A stretch of 64,000 nucleotides of DNA from an uncultured Verrucomicrobiota bacterium (GCA_964463985.1 CAYXEK010000009.1:572-64571), one strand, 5' to 3'; positions 20,539 to 32,999 are shown, counted from the first letter of the stretch. Translations and numbers: made by a program. Notes: generated from the letters alone by a model not told the origin.

Positions 20539-21552
20539 ATGATCAAGGCGGCGTTTATCGGCGTGGGCGGCATCTCGGCGGCGCATCTGCGCTGCCTGCA
20601 GGCGCGGAAAGATGTAAAAATCGCCGGCCTGGCTGACCCTAACCGCGCCAACGCGGAAAAGCGGCAGGCGGAATTCGGCGGCGAAATTTTCGCCGATTAC
20701 CAGACAATGCTCCAGCGGGTCAAGCCCGACGCCGTGTGGCTGTGCACGCCGTCCACCGTGCGCCGGGAACCTCTGCTGGAATGCGCGCGGCGGGGCATCC
20801 CGGTGTTTTGCGAAAAGCCGGTGGAACGCCGGGTGCAAGTCGGGGCGGCCATCGCCGCCGAACTGGAACGGCTGAAAGCGCGCGTCCAGGTGGGATACGT
20901 ATTCCGCTGTATCCCGCTGGTGAATGAGCTGAGCCGGCGGATGCGCGGCGACCGCATTCACCTGGTCCAGTCGTTCTACTGCTGCGGCATCAGCCTGGCC
21001 ATGAGCATGCCGCAGTGGTTCTACAACAAGCGGCTTTCCGGGGGCGCGCTGGCGGACCAGGCGACGCATAATTTCGACCTGCTGCGCCACCTTTTCGGCG
21101 AAGTCCGTCAAATCCGGGGCATGCGGCATAATCCCGTCCACCCGCGGCGCGGGGAATACACCGTCGAGGAAATTCTGGGAACTCTGATGATGTTCGACAA
21201 CGGCCTGATTGCCGCGCATGTGCATACCTGGGTCGGCGACAGCTGGCGCAACGAAATCGTGCTGAGCGGCGAAAAACGGGTATACCGCCTGCAGCCGTCA
21301 CGGGGAACCCTGACCGTCGAGGGCCAGCAATCCCGGTCGGCCAACGATCCCGTGGCAGGCAAATCCGGCGCGGCCTCAAAACCGGCGCCGTTCCGTTATG
21401 AACAGCCGGCAGGGTCAATTTACGGCTATGAAAACCAAATCTTTCTCCGCCAGGTGAAATCCGGCGACTGGAGCCGCAATCCCTGTTCCTACGCCGATGG
21501 TTTGAAGACGCTGGAATTGACCGCCGCCTGCGACCGGGCCATCTCCCGGTAA
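20539..21552 (+). CDS. Gfo/Idh/MocA-family NAD(P)-dependent oxidoreductase
   Basis: Rossmann N-terminus 'AAFIGVGGISAAHL' and a 'CEKP' motif. Confidence 0.8.
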   Translation: MIKAAFIGVGGISAAHLRCLQARKDVKIAGLADPNRANAEKRQAEFGGEIFADYQTMLQRVKPDAVWLCTPSTVRREPLLECARRGIPVFCEKPVERRVQVGAAIAAELERLKARVQVGYVFRCIPLVNELSRRMRGDRIHLVQSFYCCGISLAMSMPQWFYNKRLSGGALADQATHNFDLLRHLFGEVRQIRGMRHNPVHPRRGEYTVEEILGTLMMFDNGLIAAHVHTWVGDSWRNEIVLSGEKRVYRLQPSRGTLTVEGQQSRSANDPVAGKSGAASKPAPFRYEQPAGSIYGYENQIFLRQVKSGDWSRNPCSYADGLKTLELTAACDRAISR

Positions 21553-21570
21553 AATTCAATCCGGCCGGGG

Positions 21571-23649
21571 TCAATGAATTTTGTTCTGCTCGCGCCGGCG
21601 CCGGATGATTTCTTCCGCCAGGCCGGCAGGCACCGGCTCGTAGCGCTCGAAGGCCATCGTGTATCCCGCGCGGCCCTGGCTGATGGTGCGGATTACATTG
21701 GCGTAGCCGAACATTTCGTTCAGCGGCGCCATGCCGCGGATCAAGCGCTGGCCCGACTGGTTTTCCATGGCGTCAATCCGGCCGCGGCGCTGGCAAATCG
21801 TGCCGGACACCGGCCCGACATAATCTTCCGGCGTGGTGACTTCCAATTGCATCACCGGCTCGATCAGCGTCGGTTTGGTTTTCAGAAAAACTTCGCGGAA
21901 ACACTGGCGCGCCGCTTCCTGGAAAGCCATTTCGCTGGAATCCACCTCGTGGAATGTGCCGTCGAAAACCGTCACCTTCAAATCCACCACGGGATATCCC
22001 GCAAACGGCCCCTTGTCCAGGGCCTTGATCACGCCTTTTTCCACCGCCGGGATATACTCGGTGGGGATGCGCCCGCCCTTGACTTCGTTGACAAATTCAA
22101 AGCCCGACCCGGGCGGCGTCGGCTCCACTTTCAGGCAAACATGCGCGTACTGTCCGCGCCCGCCTGATTGCTTGACATGCTTGTATTGGCCTTCCGCGGC
22201 TTGCCGGCCGGTTTCACGGAACGCCACCTCGGGCTTGCCGACCGCCACCTGGCAGCCGAACTCGCGTTTCAGGCGGTCCACCAGAATCTCTAAATGCAAC
22301 TCGCCCATGCCGGAAATAATGGTTTCCTCGGTTTCCTGGTCCTGGCTGACAATAAAGGTCGGGTCCTCTTCGGCCAGGCGGTGCAGGCCTTCCAGGGTCT
22401 TTTCGTTTTCCGCCCGGTTTTCCGGGCGGACACTGATGGACATCACCGGGGCCGGAAACGCAATGTCTTCCAGGAGGATAGGATGCTGCGGATCGCAGAG
22501 CGTATCGCCGGTGCGCGTACGGTTCAAGCCGACTACCGCCACGATGTCGCCTGGTCCGGCAGCCTCGATCGCTTCCTGCCTATTGGCGTGCATGCGTAAA
22601 AGCCGGCCGATCCGCTGGTCGGCATCGCGGTTGCTGTTGAGCACAACATCGCCCGGATGCACCGTGCCGGAATAAACCCGGATATACGACAGGCGTCCGA
22701 TATGGCGGTCGCTCATCAATTTAAAGGCGATGGCGGCGAAGGGCGCGTCTGACGCCGGCGGGCGAAGCTGCGCAGGATCGTCCGCCGCGGCCACGGGCGG
22801 CAAATCCAGGGGCGACGGAAGGTAACGCACAATGCCGTCCAGCAACCGCTGGATACCGCGGTTTTTGAAAGCCGACCCGCAAAACGCCGGAATCAGCCGC
22901 CGGCTTATGGCAGCCTGGCGCATGGCGGCAATCAGCTCTTCATTGGAAAAGTCCCCCTGCTCCAGAAATTTTTCCAGCAATTCATCGTTTTGCTCGGCGC
23001 AGGCTTCCACCAGGTTGGCCCGCCAGGTGCGTGCTGTCTCCTGCAGTTCGGGCGGGATCGGCTCCTCGGTGTATTGCCGCCCCTGGCTGGCATCGGCGTA
23101 ATACACCGCCTGCATGCTGACCAAGTCTATGACGCCGCGGAAATCCTCGCCCTGGCCGATCGGCAGCACCATCGGCACGGGCTGGCCGCCCAGCACTTCG
23201 CGGATTTTTTCGAGCACATTATAAAAATCCGCCCCGGTGCGGTCCATTTTGTTGACAAACGCGATTTTGGGCACGCCGTATTTTTCGCTCTGCTTCCACA
23301 CCTGCTCCGACTGGGGCTGCACGCCGCCCACGGCGCAAAAAAGCGCCACCGCGCCGTCCAGCACGCGCAGGCTGCGCTCGACTTCGGCGGTGAAATCCAC
23401 GTGCCCCGGCGTGTCTATCAAGGTGATCCGATGCCCGTCCCAAGGCACGGTGGTGGCGGCGGAAGTAATGGTGATGCCGCGTTCGCGCTCCTGCTCCATC
23501 CAGTCCATGGTGGCCGCGCCATCGTGAACTTCTCCCAATTTGTAGTTCCGGCCGGAAAAAAACAGCAGCCGCTCGCTGACCGTGGTCTTCCCGGCATCAA
23601 TGTGCGCCATGATGCCGATATTACGGATGTTGGCTAACCCTTCGCTCAT
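21571..23649 (-). CDS. fusA: elongation factor G, a stand-alone copy outside the str operon
   Basis: 'AHIDAGKTT', 'DTPGHVDF' and 'NKMDR', with five-domain length. The probable start is ATG 23649 ('[13 protein letters not shown]'). Confidence 0.9.
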   Translation of the reverse strand: MSEGLANIRNIGIMAHIDAGKTTVSERLLFFSGRNYKLGEVHDGAATMDWMEQERERGITITSAATTVPWDGHRITLIDTPGHVDFTAEVERSLRVLDGAVALFCAVGGVQPQSEQVWKQSEKYGVPKIAFVNKMDRTGADFYNVLEKIREVLGGQPVPMVLPIGQGEDFRGVIDLVSMQAVYYADASQGRQYTEEPIPPELQETARTWRANLVEACAEQNDELLEKFLEQGDFSNEELIAAMRQAAISRRLIPAFCGSAFKNRGIQRLLDGIVRYLPSPLDLPPVAAADDPAQLRPPASDAPFAAIAFKLMSDRHIGRLSYIRVYSGTVHPGDVVLNSNRDADQRIGRLLRMHANRQEAIEAAGPGDIVAVVGLNRTRTGDTLCDPQHPILLEDIAFPAPVMSISVRPENRAENEKTLEGLHRLAEEDPTFIVSQDQETEETIISGMGELHLEILVDRLKREFGCQVAVGKPEVAFRETGRQAAEGQYKHVKQSGGRGQYAHVCLKVEPTPPGSGFEFVNEVKGGRIPTEYIPAVEKGVIKALDKGPFAGYPVVDLKVTVFDGTFHEVDSSEMAFQEAARQCFREVFLKTKPTLIEPVMQLEVTTPEDYVGPVSGTICQRRGRIDAMENQSGQRLIRGMAPLNEMFGYANVIRTISQGRAGYTMAFERYEPVPAGLAEEIIRRRREQNKIH

Positions 23650-23766
23650 ATTGTCCGCCTGTGCCTGTCTTTTCTGGAAAAACCGGGTAATATGCACACA
23701 TTACCCGGCAACTGCAAGCAAAATCGTGAAAAAATCCGTGAAAATCCCATGGAAAATTGAATTTAC

Positions 23767-23795
23767 TTGCGCACGGCGGCGGCGCTTGGTTTAAT
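23767..23795 (+). promoter_or_regulatory. putative sigma70 promoter TTGCGC-N17-TTTAAT for eno
   Basis: The motif pair lies 60-90 nt upstream of the eno ATG. A 15-bp palindrome 'CGCCTGCcGCAGGCG' (23812-23826) sits in the leader. Confidence 0.3.
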
Positions 23796-23801
23796 GCTTA
23801 A

Positions 23802-25139
<1,338 letters not shown>

Positions 25140-25207
25140 GCTGTTTCCGACTGGTTGCGGCGAATTTTTTCGGCCTGACACCGCAGCTTTCGCGCAAGCC
25201 GGATGGA

Positions 25208-25531
25208 GTGCCGATGAATGTCTGGCTGACAGTCTATCGCACGGCGACAGCGGTGTTTGTCGGCCTGGTCATTATCGGCCTGGCCAGCCTGTTCCTGCCG
25301 AAAATCCGGGAAATCCGCGCCCGCCAGCGCGTCGTCACGCGCATGACGGAGGAAAAGCGCGCGGTTGATGAAAGAACCCAGTTGTTCATCTGGCAGCAGG
25401 AACGTTTTGCCACCGACCCCCGTTTCGTGGAACGGGTGGCGCGCGAGGAACTGGGCAAGGCCAAGCCGGGCGAAATTATCTTCCGGTTTGCCGAAACCAA
25501 TGGCGGCGGACCGGGCGCGCCGGCACCCTGA
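25208..25531 (+). CDS. ftsB: septum formation initiator (FtsB/DivIC family)
   Basis: Single N-terminal TM helix, a coiled-coil region, and the conserved position downstream of eno. Confidence 0.6.
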   Translation: MPMNVWLTVYRTATAVFVGLVIIGLASLFLPKIREIRARQRVVTRMTEEKRAVDERTQLFIWQQERFATDPRFVERVAREELGKAKPGEIIFRFAETNGGGPGAPAP

Positions 25532-25664
25532 ACCGCCGCGCGCGCAGCGCCGCAGTCCCTGAATGTTCCGGTTGAGGAGCGCCGGCCTCCGCACAGCGGA
25601 ACCTAGAACACCCGCGAAGGCGGCAGTCAGGGCGGTCAGTCCCTGGCCGCCGCCGTCATGGTCG

Positions 25665-27506
25665 TCAGATCCGGCCCAGCGCCGACAAATGCGCCTTGTG
25701 GTAAAATTCCGCCAAATATTTCCAGTCGAATTGCTCCGCCAGTTCCTGCGCGTGGAACCGCATGGCAATGCGTTCGCGCAAATCCATGCCGGCAAATACC
25801 TGCATGATTTCCGTCAACTCCTCGGCCGACTGGTTATAATCCGTATTGCGGCGGTGAACAACATACAGGCCGTTTTTCACGCAATCAGGTGTGTGGCTCA
25901 TGATGTAACTGCCGAAACCAGACAGGTCGGAAGCTACCGCCGGTATGCCGCGCGCCAGGCATTCCAGCGGCGTATATCCCCACGGTTCGTAATAGCTGGG
26001 AAATAGGCCCAGATGGCAGCCGCGGACAAACTGGTCGTATTCCAGGCCGAACAGCGGATTGCTGGCGGTGACGAAGTCCGGGTGGTACACCACTTTCACC
26101 GGGTCCTCTGCCCGGTTGATCAGGTTGGTAACGCGCAACTGGTTCAACACCTCGTCGTGTTCGTTGTCCAACATATCGTGCGTTACCACGTACGGCAGGC
26201 GGTTGGTGCGCCAGGACTGCATGTTGCGCCGCAACCGCAGTCGCCAGTACTCATCCACCAGGTTGTTCAAGTCCGGCATCTGTCCGGCAGCGACGGATTT
26301 AAAGAGCCGTTCGCCCAATTGATCCTTGAGCGCCATGCAGGCGTTATGCAACTCTTCCAGCATGACCTTGCTGTTGAGCACTTCGGCATTCAGGGTGCGG
26401 AAAGGCCGGCGGGTGATGATGAACAGCACCATGGTAATCCCCTGGTTGGTCATTTTCAGCCGGTGGTTCAGGCGCGCCATGGCCTCAATCGTCAGGTCGA
26501 ATCCCTTGTTGCGGTATTCGTAGCGGCCGGAAGTAAAGCAATAAAGCGTGCGGTTCAGGTTGAAATTGTAACTCGGAAAGAAATGCCCCATGACAAATTT
26601 GTGGATTTTTTCCTTGTAGATTTTGTGCAGATTTTCCGATTCATGCCGGGCGATGAACCGCTCTATGTTCAAGCCGTTGGGCAATACGGCGTCAACTTTC
26701 CGCCCCAGCATGTGTTCGCATTCCTGGGCGGTGACGGAACTGACCGTGGTGAAAATATGGGCGCCATGCGCCGCGGCGCGCTCCAGCAGCACTCGCGACT
26801 CGATGTTGAAGCGCCGGGCGTCCGCCTGCCAGTTGATGTAAGGCAAATGATCGTAAAACCAATTGTCGCCCGTCGCCAGGTATCGGCCCAGCAGCGTGGC
26901 ATGCGTGGTGAACACCGTCGCCGCCGGCAGATTCAGGCGGCGGATTTCCGGGATGGCGGCGGCACCCATCCACTCGTGGAAATGCGCCACCACCGGCGGC
27001 AATGACGGACGCTGATCGGCCAGCAGGCGCAGAAATTCGCATACCAGGAAGCCAAACGCCAGCACATCTTCCACTTCGCCGTCATGCGCGGGCGAACTGA
27101 TCTTGTGATGCTCCCACATGAAATACTTGATTTCCGCGATGCGGCTGCGTACGCAAGCCGTATCCAGCAGAATCACCTGCGGCCGGCCGGTGACCAGCCA
27201 CCGCCCGAAATGCGCGGTGAATCCCAGCGCCTGGAAAGCCTTGACGGCGGCGCCTAGGGGCGCCGCGGGATAGGCGGCCTCGAATTCCACCGCGGCAGTG
27301 GCGGGATTGTATGGTCCGATCAGACAGTATTGATTGCCCCAACGCTCAACCATGGCCGGAGCCTTCGAGCGGATCACGGTGTAGATTCCGCCCAGTTGCT
27401 GGCAAACCTCCCAGGCGATTTCCAAGAGCAGGGCTTGAGGACGCCGAGCCGCGCCGCCAGCCGTCTTAACCGGATGCGAGCCAGTTCCCTTTTTTGCAGC
27501 GGACAT
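25665..27506 (-). CDS. eukaryotic-type glycogen (starch) synthase, GT3 family
   Basis: 'IAWEVCQQLGGIYTVIRSKAPAMVERWGNQYCLIGPY' is the GT3 N-terminus. The start is probably ATG 27506 ('MSAAKKG') with an upstream 'gaggag'; the track ORF extends to 27725. Confidence 0.7.
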   Translation of the reverse strand: MSAAKKGTGSHPVKTAGGAARRPQALLLEIAWEVCQQLGGIYTVIRSKAPAMVERWGNQYCLIGPYNPATAAVEFEAAYPAAPLGAAVKAFQALGFTAHFGRWLVTGRPQVILLDTACVRSRIAEIKYFMWEHHKISSPAHDGEVEDVLAFGFLVCEFLRLLADQRPSLPPVVAHFHEWMGAAAIPEIRRLNLPAATVFTTHATLLGRYLATGDNWFYDHLPYINWQADARRFNIESRVLLERAAAHGAHIFTTVSSVTAQECEHMLGRKVDAVLPNGLNIERFIARHESENLHKIYKEKIHKFVMGHFFPSYNFNLNRTLYCFTSGRYEYRNKGFDLTIEAMARLNHRLKMTNQGITMVLFIITRRPFRTLNAEVLNSKVMLEELHNACMALKDQLGERLFKSVAAGQMPDLNNLVDEYWRLRLRRNMQSWRTNRLPYVVTHDMLDNEHDEVLNQLRVTNLINRAEDPVKVVYHPDFVTASNPLFGLEYDQFVRGCHLGLFPSYYEPWGYTPLECLARGIPAVASDLSGFGSYIMSHTPDCVKNGLYVVHRRNTDYNQSAEELTEIMQVFAGMDLRERIAMRFHAQELAEQFDWKYLAEFYHKAHLSALGRI

Positions 27507-27669
27507 ATACGCTCCTCGTTCCGCGGGTTGGTTCCGTCGAACATACCAATCAGCCACTTGCAGCAATTTAACCGGAAACAGCATTTTGTCAATAACGGAG
27601 AATTCCTTGTCCGGTATTTGGTTTTCCAGTTGGATTTGCTCGTCTGTTTTTATATACTGAATTTTCGAT

Positions 27670-28779
27670 ATGCATTTGAAAAAACATTTATGGTGGATCC
27701 TGCCGTTGCTCCTGCTGGACGCCATCGGACTGGCCGTTTACCTGCGTTGGATGAAAACCCGTTCCGATCCGGCGCCGGGCGCGGGTGAAATGGAATTGGA
27801 CAGGCAACCGCCGCCGGCGCCGGTCTCGCAACTGCGCGCCATGGCGTTCCCCACCCCTCAGGACGCCCTGCTGGATCCGGATGCCGCCGGTGTTTTCCAG
27901 CCGACAGCTTCCGGCCGGCCGGAATCCGCGCTTTATGGATCAACCCGCACCGGCCGGCGCGGCAAACGCCTGCGCGCGACATTTCACGAAGGTATTGACC
28001 TGGCGGCCTGTAAGCGCGACCGGCGAGGCCGCCCGGTGGATGGAATTTTTGCCGTTGCGGATGGCCGGGCGGCTTATATCAATCGGATCGCCGGCAATTC
28101 GAATTATGGCAAATACTTGGTTTTGACGCATGCCGACCCGCTGGGAGAAATTTACAGTCTGTACGCCCACCTCGCCGAAATCGCCCCCGGCTTGCGCTCC
28201 GGCCAGCCGGTAAAAACCGGCCAGACCATCGGCCGCATGGGCAATACTTCTTCGTCCCCCATTCCCATGCCGCTGGCCCACCTGCACCTGGAAATCGGAC
28301 TGATCTTGAACAGCCGTTTCCGCGCCTGGTACCGCGGGCAGAAACTGATTCCCGACCATGGCAATTTTCACGGCTGGAACCTGCTGGGCATTGATCCCCT
28401 GCAGGTTTTTGCCGCCCAGCGCCGGACCCCGGATTTCAACCTGCTGGCGCACCTCGCGGCAATACCGCCGGCCTTCGAAACCATCCTCCGGGCGGATGAA
28501 TTGCCGGATTTTTTCCAGCGATATCCCGGCTTATGGCGCGGCGAAACGTTTGCGCCGCCGGCTTTCACGGCAGTCTGCTCGGAAAACGGCGTCCCTCTGG
28601 CCGGCCGCAATGCCGGCCCCGGCGAACTGGCGGCGCTTGGCGGCCGCGCCTGGGCGGTGCAAAACGTTAACCCGGCAGCGCTGGGCCGGAATGGCGCCCA
28701 CCTGATTTACCAGCAAAACAGCCGCTGGGAATTGAGTCAGAATGGCCAAAAATGGCGTGCCATGCTGCTGCATCGCTGA
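27670..28779 (+). CDS. M23-family metallopeptidase with an N-terminal membrane anchor
   Basis: 'HEGIDLAA' (HxxxD) and 'HLHLEIG' (HxH) motifs. Confidence 0.8.
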   Translation: MHLKKHLWWILPLLLLDAIGLAVYLRWMKTRSDPAPGAGEMELDRQPPPAPVSQLRAMAFPTPQDALLDPDAAGVFQPTASGRPESALYGSTRTGRRGKRLRATFHEGIDLAACKRDRRGRPVDGIFAVADGRAAYINRIAGNSNYGKYLVLTHADPLGEIYSLYAHLAEIAPGLRSGQPVKTGQTIGRMGNTSSSPIPMPLAHLHLEIGLILNSRFRAWYRGQKLIPDHGNFHGWNLLGIDPLQVFAAQRRTPDFNLLAHLAAIPPAFETILRADELPDFFQRYPGLWRGETFAPPAFTAVCSENGVPLAGRNAGPGELAALGGRAWAVQNVNPAALGRNGAHLIYQQNSRWELSQNGQKWRAMLLHR

Positions 28780-28986
28780 CACAGCCATAGACGGTCGTAT
28801 ATCCTGCACGCTCCAGGCAAAGCTCCTGAATGCGCGAGGACGCGCACAGTCAGGCGGCAGACAGATAGTTTTAATCCCGGGGGGTTATCTGTTGATGGCC
28901 TGCCGGCAGAAAAAATACTAGAATACGGGACCGACCCCCTTTTCCCCCAATATTTCAACCGCAAGGAATCGTAGTAATAACTCGGC

Positions 28987-29337
28987 GTGCAGCCCGGACA
29001 GGCCCAGGGCGGCGCCGGCCTGATCTTCAAACTGGCCCAGTCCAAGCAGGGAGGCGATTTCAGCAAGATCGCGGCGGCCCTGCCCGGGGTGCAGGAATTG
29101 ATCGCGGCGGCGCCGCAGTCCGGCGGGCTGGCCAAACTGGCCGGCGGCCTGCTGGGTTCCATCGGCGGCGGCAAGGCGCAGGTACTGGCGGACATGGCCG
29201 GACTGGCCGGCGGCTTCGCGAACCTTAAACCTGACAGCGCGATGGTGTCGAAATTCATCCCGATCGTGCTGGAGTTCGTCAAGGGCCGGGGCGGCGCGGG
29301 CGTCGTGGAACTGCTGTCCAAGGCGCTGCAGAAATAA
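28987..29337 (+). CDS. DUF2780 (VcgC/VcgE-like) family protein that appears N-terminally truncated, with no signal peptide
   Basis: 'FKLAQSKQGGDFSKIAAALPGVQELIAAAP...GGL' and the C-terminal 'KFIPIVLEFVKGRGGAGVVELLSKALQK' match the DUF2780 pattern. It starts at GTG, and an in-frame stop lies 9 nt upstream. Confidence 0.4.
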   Translation: MQPGQAQGGAGLIFKLAQSKQGGDFSKIAAALPGVQELIAAAPQSGGLAKLAGGLLGSIGGGKAQVLADMAGLAGGFANLKPDSAMVSKFIPIVLEFVKGRGGAGVVELLSKALQK

Positions 29338-29362
29338 TTCCGCCAGGACGACAGGCGGCAAT

Positions 29363-31798
29363 TCAAGCCTTGCCGTTCAAGGCCGCCTTGATTTTCGTTT
29401 CCAGTTCCTTGATCAGAAACGGCTTCTGAATGAAGGGCGCCCGGGAATCCAGTTTCAACATGCCGGGCGAATACCCGGACATGAACAGGCATGGCAGGCC
29501 CGGCCGCATGGCGGCCAGTTGCTCCGCCAGTTCCCGCCCGTTCTGGTCGGGCATGACCACGTCGGCGATCAAAAGGTTTATCTCGCCCGCATACTCCCGC
29601 GCCCGCTCCAGCGCCGCCCCGGGGGAATTGGCGGTTAAAACCTCGTAACCCATGATGGACAACATGTGGCTGATGAGTTTCAGCACCATTTCCTCGTCTT
29701 CCACCAGCAGAATGGTTCCGCTTGCCCGGCGAACGGCGGCCGCCGCCGCGGGAGCCGGAGCCGCGGCTTCCGTGGCTGTCTGCCGCGGCTGAAAGATTTT
29801 AACGGTAGTGCCGTGGCCTTCGCGGCTTTCGATCTTGATCATGCCGCGATATTGTTTGACGATATCCTGGATCGTGGGCAGCCCCAGTCCGGTGCCCTTC
29901 CCCGGCATTTTGGTGGTGAAGAACGGCTCGAAAATATGCTCCATGATTCCGCGGCTCATGCCGCAACCGTTATCGCTGACCGACATCCATGCGTATTCGC
30001 CCGGCAAATAATCCGGATGCGCGGCGCAATACGCGGCATCGCAAACCAGCGTGCCGGTTTTAATAACCACCCGGCCGGTGTCGCTGATCGCGTCGCGGGC
30101 ATTGACACACAGATTGGCCAGGATCTGGTCAACATGCACCGGATCCATCAGCACCGGCCACAAATCCGCGGCCGGCCGCCATTCCAGTTCTATGTTTTCC
30201 CCCATCAGCCGGCGCAACAATTTCAGCGAGCTTTCGATGGCGGCATTCAGATTCAGTTCCTTGGGCGTCGAGGATTGATTCCGCGAAAAGGACAAGAGTT
30301 GCCGGGTGAGTTCCGTGGAACGCAGGGCGGCATGGTAAATTTCCTCCAGATCGTCATGCAGTTCATCGTCCGGCGCCACGCGCGCCAAGGCCTGTTCGGC
30401 GTAACCCATGATGACGCCCAGCATGTTGTTGAAGTCATGCGCCACTCCGCCCGTCAGCCGGCCCACGGCCTCCATCTTCTGCGCGATAATCAATCGTTCC
30501 CGCAGTTTCTGTTTTTCCAGGTTAGAGACTTTGGCCGCGGTAATGTCCATCACGTTGCCGTTCACCCGCAGCACCCGCCTTGATTTTTTCACCGGCTCGC
30601 CCGATATGCGCACCCATATTTTTTCATCATTGAGGCGGGTCAAACCAAGTTCCAGGCTGAACGGCTCGCCGGTTTCCACGGCGCGCTTAAAACTCTTCTG
30701 CAGGGCCGCCGCATCCTGCGGCGCATAGAATTTGGCGTCCTGCAGGAAATTATTGACATCGTAATCGCGTCCTACGCCGTAAATGCGGTACATCTCGCCG
30801 GTCCACTTCATCCCGCGGGAGCGCGCGTCATACTGCCAGCCGCCGAGCCGCGCAATGGCCTGGGTTTCATGCAAGAGCCGGCTGGTTTCGCGCAAAGCGC
30901 TAGTTTGACGGTTTACCTGCCGCCGCAACAAAAAGACAAACAACCCGCTCAGGGCCAACAGCGCGCAGACGGCCGCCAAAACCGTTTTGATGTAGGGAGG
31001 AATCAGCTCGCGCGGCTGCATATCCAGCCAGCGCCGCAACGCCGCGTAGTACACGGAACGCGGATCGTTTTTCATTTCGGCGACATGCCGGTTTACGGCA
31101 TAGACCAGGCTGGGGTCCGCGCCGCGGGGAAACGCAAAATGCAGGCCGCCCGGCCGCAGCACAATGTACGACGGCACAATCCACTCGTCCAGCAGCGGCG
31201 AAAAACTCAAGAACCGGTCGGCCACCATCAATTCGGCGCGCCCGGTTTTGATCGCTTCCACCGTGTCGGAATAATTCGGACAGGGCAACAGGTTCAGCTC
31301 GCCGCCGGCAATTTTGCTGATTTCATCCCGCAGGTATTGTTCCTGCAGGGAACCCGCCAGCACGGCAATCCGTTTGCCCTCCAAATCCTGAATGGAACGC
31401 AACCGGCAGGATGGGAGGGAAAAAGCCTCCAACCAGGATTCCAGCACGGGCGCGCTGAGCATGAATTGCTCCGCGCGTTCGGCGGAATAAGACATATCCA
31501 CCATCAGGTCAATGGAATTGTTTTCCAGGCGCTGGATGTTTTCCGCCCAGGTGCTGTAAACGTAGGTGATTTCCCAGTTTTCACGCGCCGCGATTTCATT
31601 GAGAATGTCAATGAAAATTCCCTGCGGCTGCCCGGCCTGGTCCTTGAAAACCTTGGGAATGTTTTCGTAGATGCCGACCCGCAGTTTCAGCGCCGACCCC
31701 GGCAGCGGCGCCGCCGCGCACAAGGCCAACGCCAACCATCGCGCCAGGACGCCGCGCGGCGAGCGGATGAATATGCGCATTGCTTGCCTCCCCCGCAA
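29363..31798 (-). CDS. hybrid sensor histidine kinase: periplasmic solute-binding domain, TM helix, PAS, HisKA, HATPase_c and receiver
   Basis: H-box 'VAHDFNNMLGVIMGY', ATPase motifs 'DNGCGM' and 'GTGLGL', and a C-terminal receiver domain 'ILLVEDEEMVLKL'. Confidence 0.85.
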   Translation of the reverse strand: MRGRQAMRIFIRSPRGVLARWLALALCAAAPLPGSALKLRVGIYENIPKVFKDQAGQPQGIFIDILNEIAARENWEITYVYSTWAENIQRLENNSIDLMVDMSYSAERAEQFMLSAPVLESWLEAFSLPSCRLRSIQDLEGKRIAVLAGSLQEQYLRDEISKIAGGELNLLPCPNYSDTVEAIKTGRAELMVADRFLSFSPLLDEWIVPSYIVLRPGGLHFAFPRGADPSLVYAVNRHVAEMKNDPRSVYYAALRRWLDMQPRELIPPYIKTVLAAVCALLALSGLFVFLLRRQVNRQTSALRETSRLLHETQAIARLGGWQYDARSRGMKWTGEMYRIYGVGRDYDVNNFLQDAKFYAPQDAAALQKSFKRAVETGEPFSLELGLTRLNDEKIWVRISGEPVKKSRRVLRVNGNVMDITAAKVSNLEKQKLRERLIIAQKMEAVGRLTGGVAHDFNNMLGVIMGYAEQALARVAPDDELHDDLEEIYHAALRSTELTRQLLSFSRNQSSTPKELNLNAAIESSLKLLRRLMGENIELEWRPAADLWPVLMDPVHVDQILANLCVNARDAISDTGRVVIKTGTLVCDAAYCAAHPDYLPGEYAWMSVSDNGCGMSRGIMEHIFEPFFTTKMPGKGTGLGLPTIQDIVKQYRGMIKIESREGHGTTVKIFQPRQTATEAAAPAPAAAAAVRRASGTILLVEDEEMVLKLISHMLSIMGYEVLTANSPGAALERAREYAGEINLLIADVVMPDQNGRELAEQLAAMRPGLPCLFMSGYSPGMLKLDSRAPFIQKPFLIKELETKIKAALNGKA

Positions 31799-31841
31799 AC
31801 CGTTATTGCCGCCGGATTGCCGCTGAACGGACAGCTTCGGG

Positions 31842-32999
31842 TCAGCGCCGTTTTTCCATCAGGGCATCCGCAAGGTTGCGGCCGGCCTCGCGGTATTTTT
31901 TGGGCGAAAAACCGATTTCGCCCGCGCCGGACCAGGGCACATGCACCGTGATGGCGCAAACGCCGAATGGTTCGGACGCCAGCCGGTCATGAAACCATCC
32001 TCCGCCTGCCGCCGGCGCCGGCCCGGCGCAGACAAATTCCGGCGCCGCAAATTCCGGTCCCAGCTTATGCTGGATGACATGCGCCCATTTCAAGGCTTGC
32101 GCATGCATTTCGGGATGCCGCTGCGCGTCGGGCAAAACGCAGAAAATGCCGGACTTCTCGTGCAAGGGCGCGGCTTGCAGGTTGATGGCCAGCGCCGCCC
32201 GGCCGGCGCCGCGCCAGCGGATAATATCGTTCTCCAGCACGGCAGTTTCCTGCCGCGCCGCCGACGCCGACCAATCGCCGGCCGCATCGGGAGCGGAATG
32301 CCAGGCGCCGGACCGCGCGGCGTCGGGATCGGCCAATGGCACGGCCCAGACCATGAACGGGTTATGCCGGGCGCCGGCAAAGCGCTGCAGCATCCCATCC
32401 AGCACCCATGCCGCCGGCATGTCGTTGCCGCGCATGCGGGCAACCAGGTACAGGGCTCCCGGAAACCGGGTGCCGGCGTTGTAGGCGTTGGCCAGACGCA
32501 GGAGTTGGTTGCCGCCGGCGGACAAGCCGACAGGGTCGGCTTGCCAGAACCCATGGCTCCGGTCGAGCAATTGACGCAAATCGCCGTAGGCATACGGGAA
32601 TCCCAAGGCCACTGTCATGGGCGCGGTCGGAGCATTAACGGACCAGACTGCGCAGGCGCGGCCGTCCGGCGCCAACTCCGGCCGCCCGGCCGGCAAGCGC
32701 ATCCACCACTGCCCCGCCGGCTTGAAAACCGGACAGCATTCAGCGGGGTCCCGGGCGCCGGCCAGGGTGGCGTAATGCTCCAACACCAGCCGCAATTTCC
32801 CGCTTTCCGGATTAGCCGCGGCGGCAGGCGGCTTGACCTGGAAACAAAACCATAAGGGTCGCGCGCCGCGGGGATCGGGAGTGAATCGGAGTTCCGGAGT
32901 GTCGCCGGCTGTTATGAAAGCGACGCCGGCGGCATTGCCGCCGGGAATCCGCCCGTCGGCTTCCCAACCCGGCGGCGCTGTTGCATCACGCTTTTCCAT
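31842..32999 (-). CDS. hypothetical protein (385 aa); function not assignable
   Basis: Coding-like composition. It lies 58 nt downstream of the ceramidase-like/amidohydrolase gene on the same strand. Confidence 0.45.
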   Translation of the reverse strand: MEKRDATAPPGWEADGRIPGGNAAGVAFITAGDTPELRFTPDPRGARPLWFCFQVKPPAAAANPESGKLRLVLEHYATLAGARDPAECCPVFKPAGQWWMRLPAGRPELAPDGRACAVWSVNAPTAPMTVALGFPYAYGDLRQLLDRSHGFWQADPVGLSAGGNQLLRLANAYNAGTRFPGALYLVARMRGNDMPAAWVLDGMLQRFAGARHNPFMVWAVPLADPDAARSGAWHSAPDAAGDWSASAARQETAVLENDIIRWRGAGRAALAINLQAAPLHEKSGIFCVLPDAQRHPEMHAQALKWAHVIQHKLGPEFAAPEFVCAGPAPAAGGGWFHDRLASEPFGVCAITVHVPWSGAGEIGFSPKKYREAGRNLADALMEKRR

